Part shown: positions 1-7,346 of the stretch, in pieces
How positions within the stretch are numbered: position 1 is the first letter of the stretch
How the letters are laid out: the number at the start of each line of letters is the position of its first letter
Source of the DNA: an uncultured Nitrososphaerota archaeon
Lineage (GTDB): Archaea; Korarchaeota; Korarchaeia; Korarchaeales; Korarchaeaceae
DNA: 11,990 bases
Assembly (NCBI GenBank): GCA_964618805.1
Contig: CAZUBM010000006.1
Coordinates: 83,129-95,118 of the forward strand
Reading direction: 5' to 3'
Notes under the pieces: model-generated
Seen by the model: the letters and a program-made list of their open reading frames with translations, nothing else
What the model was told of the DNA's origin: nothing
Databases searched by the model: none
Program-made: the position numbers and the translations under genes

Positions 1-29
1 CCATAACTGGGTGTTTGAGAGTTCTATAG

Positions 30-60
30 CCTTATTGCGGAGTTAATTATATTAATAAGG
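30..60 (+). promoter_or_regulatory. Putative TATA-box promoter region of the E1-SDR operon
   Basis: AT-rich TTAATTATATTAATAA about 30-45 nt upstream of the TTG at 91, enclosed by inverted arms CCTTATT (30-36) and AATAAGG (54-60). Confidence 0.4.
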
Positions 61-90
61 CATTTCTACCTTTCTAGATGGGTAGTCTTT

Positions 91-2097
91 TTGGATCAGT
101 TCCATGGAGCATCACCCGATAGGGTAATAGAAGTATATAGGACCATGTTGCTGATAAGATATATTGAGGAAAAATTAAAGGAGTTAAACATTGAAGGCCT
201 AATCCCAGGCTTTCTTCATTTAAGCATCGGACAAGAAGCTGTAGCTGCAGGAGTAATGGCTGCTTTGAAAGATGGTGATTACATACTTAGTACGCACAGG
301 GGACATGGACATTGTTTGGCTAAAGGGATGAGCGAATACAGGCTTATCGCAGAAATCTTAGGAAGAGTCGAGGGTTGCTGCATGGGAAAGGGTGGTTCGA
401 TGCACCTGTGCGATGTAAAACACGGAATAATGGGGACAAATGGGGTTGTGGGAGCGAATATTCCTTTAGCAGCCGGCATAGCCTTCGCCCTAAAATACAA
501 AGGGGAAGAGGGAGTTGTTGCATGTTTCTTTGGAGATGGAGCAAGCAATACAGGAGCTTTTCACGAAGGACTTAACCTGGCTGCAGTATGGAAACTTCCT
601 GTCATATACGTATGCGAGAACAACCTTTACGCCATCTCGACACGAATAACAAGGGTAACCCTAATTCAGGACATAGCGGAGAGAGCTTCTTCCTATGGAA
701 TGCCTGGAGTTGTTGTGGACGGAATGGATCCTCTAGCTGTTTATGAGGCAACCTTAAAGGCAGTAAAACGAGCCAGAAATGGAGAGGGCCCAACTCTCAT
801 AGAATGCAAGACCTATAGATTCTGCGGTTCCTATGCAGCTGAACCTCTTGCTGTTGAGAGACTGTACAGGAACGAGGAAGAAGTAAAAGAGCAGATGAAG
901 AGAGATCCTATCAAAAGAGTGGAGAAGTTGCTCATTGAATCAGGATACTTAACTGAAGTGGAGATTGCATCCCTTAAGGAGGATATTAAGGCGAGAGTAA
1001 AAGATGCTGTAGAGAAGGCAAAGGCTGCACCCAAACCCTCTGTCGAAATCGCTTTTAACCATCTATATCCTGAGAGAGAGGAGATTCCAATCGATCTAGA
1101 GGAGCCTTCTGGCGAAGTTGTAGAACTGCCCATGAATGAGACGATTAGAATTACTCTTAGAGAGGAAATGCGGAAAGATAAGAGAATAGTGCTCATGGGT
1201 GAAGATATTGGGATTCTTGGAGGAGATTTTAGGGTAACTAAGGGATTGCTCGAAGAATTTGGAGAGAGGAGAGTTCTAGATACTCCAATTTCAGAGACTG
1301 GTTTCGTAGGTTTAGCTATAGGAGCCGCTATGGCTGGGCTAAAACCGGTTGTGGAGATAATGTTCGTCGATTTTGCATGTGCTTGCATGGATCAAATAAT
1401 GAATCAGGCTGCAAAACTCAGCTATATGTATGCTGGGCAGATAAGAATACCTCTTGTTATCAGAGCAGCATGTGGAGGAGGGATTAGGGCTGCTGCTCAA
1501 CATTCACAAGTCTTAAGTTCGGTATTCAGCCACATACCTGGGCTAAAAGTTGTGATGCCAAGTAATCCATGCGATGCAAGGGGATTATTGAAGAGTGCGC
1601 TCAAAGAGAACTGTCCAGTTATTTTCCTAGAACACAAACTTCTCTATGGAGTCTTGGGCCCTGTTCCGATGGGCGAGTACTATACCCCTATTGGTAAGGC
1701 AAAGGTTGTTAGAAAGGGTTCAGATGCCACAGTAGTGGCATCTGGACTCATGGTTAATAGAGCTCTAGAAGCTGCTAAGAATTTAGATGAGAGAGGGATT
1801 AGTATCGAAGTAATAGATCTGAGAACAATCTCTCCTATAGATAGAGAGACTATTGTCAATTCTGTTAAGCACACAGGTCGATTGGTAATCGTAGAGGAGG
1901 ACTGGGCACCTTGCAGCATATCAAGTGAGGTGGCTGCCATAGTAGCTGAGGGACCTTTTGACAGCCTATTATCTCCTGTGAAGAGAGTAACGACGCCTTT
2001 CTATCCAATGCCTTATAGCCCAGAGTTAGAGGACTCGATGATTCCAAGCGTGAAAAAGATAGTGTCTGCTGTGGAGGAGGTGATGGACATCCTATGA
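91..2097 (+). CDS. Fused TPP-dependent dehydrogenase E1 alpha+beta subunit (pyruvate/2-oxoacid/acetoin dehydrogenase E1 family), 668 aa
   Basis: Alpha half: GFLHLSIGQEA, STHRGHGH, GKGGSMH, TPP/Mg motif GDGA-x(n)-ENN. Beta half: GEDIG, DTPISE, EIMFVDF, AAQHSQ, PVIFLEHK, EVIDLRTISP. TTG start is tentative. Substrate cannot be assigned. Confidence 0.93.
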   Translation: MDQFHGASPDRVIEVYRTMLLIRYIEEKLKELNIEGLIPGFLHLSIGQEAVAAGVMAALKDGDYILSTHRGHGHCLAKGMSEYRLIAEILGRVEGCCMGKGGSMHLCDVKHGIMGTNGVVGANIPLAAGIAFALKYKGEEGVVACFFGDGASNTGAFHEGLNLAAVWKLPVIYVCENNLYAISTRITRVTLIQDIAERASSYGMPGVVVDGMDPLAVYEATLKAVKRARNGEGPTLIECKTYRFCGSYAAEPLAVERLYRNEEEVKEQMKRDPIKRVEKLLIESGYLTEVEIASLKEDIKARVKDAVEKAKAAPKPSVEIAFNHLYPEREEIPIDLEEPSGEVVELPMNETIRITLREEMRKDKRIVLMGEDIGILGGDFRVTKGLLEEFGERRVLDTPISETGFVGLAIGAAMAGLKPVVEIMFVDFACACMDQIMNQAAKLSYMYAGQIRIPLVIRAACGGGIRAAAQHSQVLSSVFSHIPGLKVVMPSNPCDARGLLKSALKENCPVIFLEHKLLYGVLGPVPMGEYYTPIGKAKVVRKGSDATVVASGLMVNRALEAAKNLDERGISIEVIDLRTISPIDRETIVNSVKHTGRLVIVEEDWAPCSISSEVAAIVAEGPFDSLLSPVKRVTTPFYPMPYSPELEDSMIPSVKKIVSAVEEVMDIL

Positions 2098-2861
2098 GCG
2101 CTAGTGGTCTCCGCTTAAGTGGTAAGGTTGCTATCATAACAGGAGCTGGGTCAGGTATAGGTAGGGCAACAGCTTTGCTCTTTGCTGAGGAGGGGGCTAA
2201 AGTGGTGATATGTGATATTGCAGAGAGCGGGGCTGAAGTATGTAAGGAAATAACCGAGAAAGGGGGAGAAGCTATGTTCATAAGAGCTGATGTTTCTAAG
2301 GCAGAAGACGTGGCTTATCTCATTAAAAAGACCATTGAAGGGTACGGAAGAATAGATCTATTAGTTAATAATGCAGGCATACCGTCCCGCGGAACTGTGC
2401 TTGATATAACAGTAGCTGAATGGGATCGTGTGCTAGATGTTAATCTAAAAGGAGCTTTCCTCTGCAGCAAATATGCCATACCTGAGATGATAAAGGGCGG
2501 TGGAGGGGTCATAGTGAACGTAGCCTCTGTCCTAGGGCTCGTGGGAGGGAAAGGAGAAGTCGCGTACTGTGCCTCCAAAGGAGGTCTCATAGCCCTAACT
2601 AAAGCGCTAGCCTTGGATTTTGCTGATCACAACATTCGAGTAAATTGTATCTGCCCAGGATCCGTTGAAACTCCAATGAGGCAAAGAATTATGGCTCAAA
2701 AAACTCCTGAAGAACGTAGAGCGGCGGAATTAAAGATACCAATTAAGAGAGTAGCTAAACCCGAGGAGATTGCACGTGCCATCCTCTTCCTAGCCTCTGA
2801 AGAATCAAGCTACATGACTGGATCTGTCCTTGTTATTGACGGCGGATGGACAGCACAGTAG
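2094..2861 (+). CDS. Classical short-chain dehydrogenase/reductase (FabG/glucose-1-dehydrogenase-like), probably NAD-preferring
   Basis: TGAGSGIG, NNAG, catalytic S...YCASK, IRVNCICPG, DGG at the C-terminus; Asp at the end of beta2 (ICDI). ATGA overlap with the E1 stop codon. Confidence 0.93.
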   Translation: MSASGLRLSGKVAIITGAGSGIGRATALLFAEEGAKVVICDIAESGAEVCKEITEKGGEAMFIRADVSKAEDVAYLIKKTIEGYGRIDLLVNNAGIPSRGTVLDITVAEWDRVLDVNLKGAFLCSKYAIPEMIKGGGGVIVNVASVLGLVGGKGEVAYCASKGGLIALTKALALDFADHNIRVNCICPGSVETPMRQRIMAQKTPEERRAAELKIPIKRVAKPEEIARAILFLASEESSYMTGSVLVIDGGWTAQ

Positions 2862-3009
2862 ATGAGAAATTGTGTTTATCAAGCGGTAACAATAGATTTA
2901 GTGCGCTAACCATTTATAGCTTCCGCATCAGTTTAGGAAGTTATAATGGAATCTAGAGTCTATAGACATGTTCTCCTCTAATTTATGAGCTTACATGTAG
3001 TCAAAGCGA

Positions 3010-3849
3010 CTAGGAATGAACATATTTTCTAGCGGCGTTTTCTGCCTTCTCAATGATTTCTAGATTCCTTATAAGACCCTCCATGGGATCTTGGGCTCCA
3101 CTTTCAAATATCAAGATCCCATCATATTTGTGTTCTATTAGAAGTCGAAGAATGCCTACCAAGTCCAAGTTCCCTTCTCCCAAAGGGAGGTGAAATAGTT
3201 CCGAATTAGGACCTGTATTGTCGCTTAGATGCACATGTATCACCCTATCAATTACTTGATAGAGGAAATTGACAGGATCTGAACAAGTGTTAGCGTGTGC
3301 AGCATCAAATGTGATGCCAACATTCTGCAAGTTTATTGCATTTACCAGTTCTAATACTACTTCTGGAGTTGTAGCAAACTGATCTGGTCTGGAATCCATG
3401 TTCTCCAGACCAATTCTTATCCCGAGTTCCTTGGCTTCTTGACAAACTTCCTTGAGTGATTCTATTGCCTTCTCAATGTAAACATGATCTGGAATTCTAA
3501 GGCTTGTCCTTCTCCCTGGGTGTATGACAATAAGCTCGGCTTCCAACTCAGCAGCCAAATAAACGCTTTTCATTAGCAGAAGTTTGGACTCACGTCTTAT
3601 CCACGGATTAAGACCAGCTATGTTCATGTCATGGCAGGGAGCGTGAATTGTGCAATTTAATCCGTTTTTCTTTAGCAAACTCAAGATTTCTGAGGGTTTT
3701 CTCTTTCCATCCAAGTACGGGAACATGGAGGGGTGATCCATCCACAGTTCAAATACCTCATAACCCATCTTCGAGAGCATAGAGATTGCGTCTTCTACAC
3801 TAAGATTCCACAGAGCGCCTTGCCCGAATCCTAGCCTCCAGCCTCTCAA
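3010..3849 (-). CDS. Sugar phosphate isomerase/epimerase (xylose isomerase-like / AP endonuclease 2 TIM barrel)
   Basis: Metal-ligand motifs IHAP, VIHPG, GLENM, FDAAHA, HVHLSDN, HLPLGEG, IFES. Starts 1 nt after the upstream dehydrogenase stop. Confidence 0.88.
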   Translation of the reverse strand: MRGWRLGFGQGALWNLSVEDAISMLSKMGYEVFELWMDHPSMFPYLDGKRKPSEILSLLKKNGLNCTIHAPCHDMNIAGLNPWIRRESKLLLMKSVYLAAELEAELIVIHPGRRTSLRIPDHVYIEKAIESLKEVCQEAKELGIRIGLENMDSRPDQFATTPEVVLELVNAINLQNVGITFDAAHANTCSDPVNFLYQVIDRVIHVHLSDNTGPNSELFHLPLGEGNLDLVGILRLLIEHKYDGILIFESGAQDPMEGLIRNLEIIEKAENAARKYVHS

Positions 3850-3850
3850 C

Positions 3851-4870
3851 TTATTTCCCCCACGGCTCTACAATCACTTTCAGGCCGTTTCTTGATTTTG
3901 CAGTCTCTATAGCCTCCTTTATCTGGTCTAGAGGGAATCTGTGGGATATTATCTTATTTAGTTTCATCTTTCCTGCAGAAAGAAGTCTAACTGCTTGAGC
4001 AAAATGGTTCGCTGTTCTTCCCTCGATTCCCACAAGTGCTATCTCTTTGTGGTGTATTATGTTTGGATCGAAGGACAGTTTGATTGGGGGATAGGCAGCA
4101 GCAAAGAAAACTATTGTTCCTCTTTTTGCTGAAGCATTTAAGGCCTGATGAAAGACAGACTCTCCCAAATAAGTCATTATTACAGCGTTTGCACCTTTTC
4201 CATCGGTAAGGCTTTTCACCTTTTCTACAATATCTACTTTGGTCGGGTCTATGGCTTCTCCAGCTCCAAGCTCTAAGGCCTTCTCCCTCCTAAATTCAAG
4301 AGGCTCGCTTACTATTGCTCGAACTCCCATGTTGTTAAGTAGCTGAACGAACATCAGACCTATTGGTCCTGAACCTATAACGAGAACAGAATCTCCAAGC
4401 TGAATATCATATATTTTTTCTATAGCGTTTATGCAACAAGCCAAGGGCTCGCATAGGGCAGCTTCATCGAGAGCAACTGAATCAGGAAGCTTGTGCATGT
4501 ACTTCTCCGGCATCTTAAAGTATTCAGCGAAACCATTAGGAAGAGGGCCTTTTCTCCTCTCACAAAGATTGTCAGCCCCTCTCCTGCAGTAGTAGCAGGA
4601 ATTGCACCTCCAAATAGCGTCAACAGCTACTTTATCACCGGCTTTTAGGGATTGAACATGCTCACCCACCTCGACCACGATGCCAGAAATTTCGTGCCCT
4701 ATTGGGCAAGGCGTATATGGTAGGAATAACCCCTCATATATCCTTATGTCAAATGGGCAAACTCCACAAGCTTGTATCCTTATAATAACATCATCTGGTT
4801 TCTCTATTGAAGGATCGGTGGTCTCTATCGTCCTTACATCTTTAGGACCGAAAACAAAGGAAGCTTTCAT
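3851..4870 (-). CDS. Zn-dependent medium-chain dehydrogenase (sorbitol/L-iditol/threonine dehydrogenase-like)
   Basis: Catalytic Zn motifs CGVC and GHE, structural Zn C-x2-C-x2-C-x7-C (CNSCYYCRRGADNLC), EPLAC, Rossmann GSGPIG. Start MKA at 4870 preferred; an alternative ATG is at 4885. Confidence 0.92.
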   Translation of the reverse strand: MKASFVFGPKDVRTIETTDPSIEKPDDVIIRIQACGVCPFDIRIYEGLFLPYTPCPIGHEISGIVVEVGEHVQSLKAGDKVAVDAIWRCNSCYYCRRGADNLCERRKGPLPNGFAEYFKMPEKYMHKLPDSVALDEAALCEPLACCINAIEKIYDIQLGDSVLVIGSGPIGLMFVQLLNNMGVRAIVSEPLEFRREKALELGAGEAIDPTKVDIVEKVKSLTDGKGANAVIMTYLGESVFHQALNASAKRGTIVFFAAAYPPIKLSFDPNIIHHKEIALVGIEGRTANHFAQAVRLLSAGKMKLNKIISHRFPLDQIKEAIETAKSRNGLKVIVEPWGK

Positions 4871-4966
4871 GTTACCTGTGTACATTCTCCTGCTTTATGA
4901 TAAAAAGTTAGAGGATATACTTCTGATTTTTAGTTCCGTTAATCTTAGCCATAACCTTCTTTTGAT

Positions 4967-5345
4967 TCACCATCGATGCCTATGCCTGAACTCCTCTAAT
5001 TCCATCCAAGATTCGTCCGAGGAAAGAGATCCTTTAAGATAGGCTCTGACTACCTCTCTGACATTTCCTTGAACTCCAGTTATTACTTCAATTCCTAATG
5101 AATCAAAGAATGTACGCACTCTCCTCCCCACACTATAGGCAAGTATCACGTTAACCCCTTTTTATTTTAGAAATGCAGGGACATCACCTGGAGAATACTC
5201 CATTAAAGGATTCTTGATGACCTCCACTTCTCTTATTTCCCCATCCTCTATTTTTAACTAAAGTATAGAGGGGAGTTCTGCTGAAATGAGAACTAACTTC
5301 TGAATCCAGTCCTCGTTCATCTGTACTAGAAACGGCTATTTTCAT
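4967..5345 (-). pseudogene. NifB/NifX-family (dinitrogenase FeMo-cofactor-biosynthesis-like) pseudogene, about 125 codons
   Basis: Manual translation from ATG 5345: MKIAVSSTDERGLDSEVSSHFSRTPLYTLVK / extra A in an A5 run (T5 at 5251-5255) / IEDGEIREVEVIKNPLMEYSPGDVPAFLK / in-frame TAA (5164-5162) / KGVNVILAYSVGRR...YLKGSL. Colinear with the intact NifX-type genes at 8896 and 9425. Confidence 0.85.
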
Positions 5346-5415
5346 CCAGTTCACTGCTCTGACTAGGATATCTTACAGTTTAAAAGGATATCTAGTACAA
5401 GCTAACTCTTTATGC

Positions 5416-5441
5416 TTTATGAGAAATGCTAAAGATAAAAA
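5416..5441 (-). promoter_or_regulatory. Degenerate third copy of the operator-like motif found in the 49-bp inverted repeat
   Basis: The + strand TTTATGAGAAATGCTAA (5416-5432) compares with TTTATGAGATTATGCTAA (6849-6866). It lies between the divergent NifX pseudogene and the MBL gene. Confidence 0.5.
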
Positions 5442-5488
5442 TCGAGCATAATTTAGGAAGGGATAGTTCCTTGTCTAACTGTCTCAAG

Positions 5489-5566
5489 ATGATTGCTTTG
5501 CTCGTAATTCTAATTCTCCTGTTTCTGATTATTTTACCTAAGATTTTTTGGAATCGCGCCAAATGA
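5489..5566 (+). other. Hydrophobic signal/membrane-anchor segment in frame with the MBL hydrolase, ended by TGA
   Basis: ATG 5489 gives MIALLVILILLFLIILPKIFWNRAK* (an in-frame TTG at 5471 is an alternative start). After TGA 5564-5566 the frame stays open (RPNLVPSQPSNLSHQK) into TTG 5615. Confidence 0.6.
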
Positions 5567-5614
5567 AGACCTAATTTAGTTCCTTCTCAACCAAGCAACC
5601 TCAGCCATCAAAAA

Positions 5615-6352
5615 TTGGGGGAACTCAGCAGTGTGCGAATAGTCGTTCTAGTAGATAATGAGCCGAGCAAATCTAATACGAAATTAAAGGCTGCATGGGG
5701 GATTTCTCTCTACGTAAAGACTGAAAACGTCTCCTTCTTGTTTGACGCTGGTCCTAGCCCAGAAGTATTGGAGAACAATTGCAAGATTCTAGGAATCGAT
5801 CTAAGCAATATATCCTTTGCTTTCATTTCCCATGAACATAGGGATCACATTGGAGGACTCCCATATGTTGCGAAGGTAGCTCCGGGCGTAACTGTATATG
5901 TCCCATCGGGCATGAGTTCTTCTGCTCAAAGATGGATGGAGAAACTTGGTTTCAATGTTATTGAAGTGGAGGGTCCTTTACAAATCTCTAAAGGAATTGC
6001 AAGCACTGGTCCCCTTAAGAGTGGATCTTTAGCTGAGCATGGCCTTGTTCTAAACCTACAGGGGAAGGGTATAGTCCTTCTAGTTGGTTGTGCTCATCCA
6101 GGAGTTGAGAGGATGCTGTTAAATGCTACTGTTTTCTCACAAAAGATATATGGGGTTATAGGAGGTTTTCATCTCATAGGAGCAAGTGAGATGAGGTTAG
6201 GACAGATAGCTAGGGTCTTTAAGGATTTGAATCTTCAGCTTATAGCCCCGTTACACTGTTCTGGAAAAGTTGCAAAGAGCTTCTTTGAAGAGCGTTTTCC
6301 TCAGGCCTACCTAGATGCTTATACGGGAAGCGTTATGGAAATAGATCCATGA
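5615..6352 (+). CDS. Metallo-beta-lactamase-fold hydrolase (COG1237-like), possibly the 3' part of an interrupted gene starting at 5489
   Basis: VLVDN, WGISL, LFDAG, SHEHRDHIGG (HxHxDH), GCAHPG, GGFHL, PLHCSG. No clear SD before TTG 5615. Confidence 0.85.
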   Translation: MGELSSVRIVVLVDNEPSKSNTKLKAAWGISLYVKTENVSFLFDAGPSPEVLENNCKILGIDLSNISFAFISHEHRDHIGGLPYVAKVAPGVTVYVPSGMSSSAQRWMEKLGFNVIEVEGPLQISKGIASTGPLKSGSLAEHGLVLNLQGKGIVLLVGCAHPGVERMLLNATVFSQKIYGVIGGFHLIGASEMRLGQIARVFKDLNLQLIAPLHCSGKVAKSFFEERFPQAYLDAYTGSVMEIDP

Positions 6353-6438
6353 CGCGGTACTAAAATCTGCATCTGTACTTGCTTCCTGATCCCTAAGATT
6401 CTTTAAAGCAGAGAGAAATCATGACACTTATAACCAAA

Positions 6439-6462
6439 AACCCTGGGAAATTTTCCAAGGTT
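6439..6462. terminator. Imperfect palindrome between convergent genes; possible terminator or processing hairpin
   Basis: AACCCTGGGAAA / TTTTCCAAGGTT (10 of 12 pairs), with outer arms ATGAC (6421-6425) / GTCAT (6464-6468). Confidence 0.3.
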
Positions 6463-6489
6463 AGTCATCTTAATGAGAAAGAAGCTGGA

Positions 6490-6849
6490 TTATTTTGTCT
6501 CTAGCTCTGCCAACCTTCTATCTAAATCTTCGAGTTGTTTCTTGAGGATATCCCTTTGTTGTTTGAGATATCTTATCTGGTCCTCTTTGCTCATAGCTAC
6601 CGTAGGTGGCATTGTAGTCGTGGGAGGCACTGGAGCAGGTGTAGTCATAGGAGGTACTGGAGCAGGTACTTGCTGATAAGGTAAAGGCGTTGTCGGGGCT
6701 ACTGGTGGGACAATGCCATACTGAAAGATAGGAGGAAGCCCTCCTGGAGACCTACCAAGCCAACCTGGTGAGTAACCAAATCTCACCCATCCAGGTAAGC
6801 CTGTAGCGTAATACATTCTTCTCCATCTGTATCCCATATTCATCACCAT
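6490..6849 (-). CDS. DUF5320-like protein: Arg/Trp/Tyr/Gly N-terminus, Pro/Thr linker, C-terminal coiled coil
   Basis: RWRRMYYATGLPGW motif and C-terminal EDQIRYLKQQRDILKKQLEDLDRRLAELE heptads; typical neighbour of NifX/DUF134 loci. The true start may be ATG 6837 (GGTGA 5 nt upstream). Confidence 0.8.
   Translation of the reverse strand: MVMNMGYRWRRMYYATGLPGWVRFGYSPGWLGRSPGGLPPIFQYGIVPPVAPTTPLPYQQVPAPVPPMTTPAPVPPTTTMPPTVAMSKEDQIRYLKQQRDILKKQLEDLDRRLAELETK
6614..6667. repeat. Tandem duplication, 2 x 27 nt (24/27 identical), encoding TPAPVPP(M/T)T-type repeats
   Basis: GTAGTCGTGGGAGGCACTGGAGCAGGT (6614-6640) followed by GTAGTCATAGGAGGTACTGGAGCAGGT (6641-6667). Confidence 0.85.
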
Positions 6850-6879
6850 TTATGAGATTATGCTAACAAATATTTAAGG
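6831..6879 (-). repeat. 49-bp inverted repeat, left copy (TATA box + palindrome + translation start)
   Basis: The minus strand reads CCTTAAATATTTGTTAGCATAATCTCATAAATGGTGATGAATATGGGAT, 48/49 identical to 8383-8431. Confidence 0.97.
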
Positions 6880-6883
6880 ATTC

Positions 6884-7285
6884 CTATTTTTCACTAATGA
6901 TTTCCACGGCTCGCTTAGTTGACAACATTCGCTCCATAGCCGCTATAACTTTATCAGATACTACATGTTCCAATTTGCATGCTTCAAGTCTAGCTTCTTT
7001 TTCCGAAAGACCAAAAATCTCCTCTAAAAATCTCTGTATCAACGAGCTCCTTTGCTTTATCTGCAAGGCTTTTCTGAAACCTTTTGTCTTTAACATAGCT
7101 CCAACTCCTGGCTTATAATCAACCAGATCCAGCTCTTGAAGTCTTCTAAACATCTCTGTGACAGATGGCGGCTTTATGTTTAGTCTTGTAGCTACTTCTG
7201 TAGTTCTAATGTATCTACTGTCCCCTCCTTTTTCAAAAAGCGTCTTTAGATAATCCTCTATTGCTCTCTTTGAACACTTACTCAT
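6884..7285 (-). CDS. DtxR/MntR-family metal-dependent transcriptional regulator (no FeoA domain), about 133 aa
   Basis: IEDYLK, winged HTH EVATRLNIKPPSVTEMFRRL, LVDYKP, EACKLEH. Start 7285 preferred over 7312, which overlaps the promoter palindrome. Confidence 0.88.
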   Translation of the reverse strand: MSKCSKRAIEDYLKTLFEKGGDSRYIRTTEVATRLNIKPPSVTEMFRRLQELDLVDYKPGVGAMLKTKGFRKALQIKQRSSLIQRFLEEIFGLSEKEARLEACKLEHVVSDKVIAAMERMLSTKRAVEIISEK

Positions 7286-7290
7286 GCCAC

Positions 7291-7340
7291 TTCTATAAAT
7301 TAGATAATGCACATTATTATATTTTTAGATCCTAGTCTAA
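7291..7340. promoter_or_regulatory. Compact divergent promoter between the regulator and the radical SAM gene, with two palindromes
   Basis: ATAATG-CA-CATTAT (7304-7317), TTAGA-N6-TCTAA (7325-7340), and AT-rich TATA-like tracts CTATAAAT and TTATTATATTTT. Confidence 0.55.
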
Positions 7341-7346
7341 GGGAAG

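Noticed and set aside
1-30. Possible start (CAT at 2-4) of a divergent gene leaving the window
   Set aside because: Too little sequence to support.
279-2590. Antisense and alternate-frame ORFs inside the E1 and SDR genes (279-548, 344-544, 375-575, 602-793, 831-1388, 1680-1940, 1865-2281, 2315-2590)
   Set aside because: They overlap well-supported genes entirely, show no motifs, and are typical shadow ORFs.
2862-3009. Palindrome GTCTATAGAC (2958-2967) and half-site TTTATGAG (2982-2989) between convergent genes
   Set aside because: Short enough to arise by chance, not in a promoter position, and no ncRNA structure is supportable.
4429-5042. ORFs 4429-4623 (-) and 4680-5042 (+)
   Set aside because: Out-of-frame or antisense to the Zn-dehydrogenase and the pseudogene, with no recognisable features.
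5564-5566. Selenocysteine or genome-wide TGA recoding
   Set aside because: TGA ends several genes here at family-typical lengths (2097, 6352, 8345, 10869), the codon lies in a linker rather than at a catalytic Cys position, and no SECIS could be recognised.
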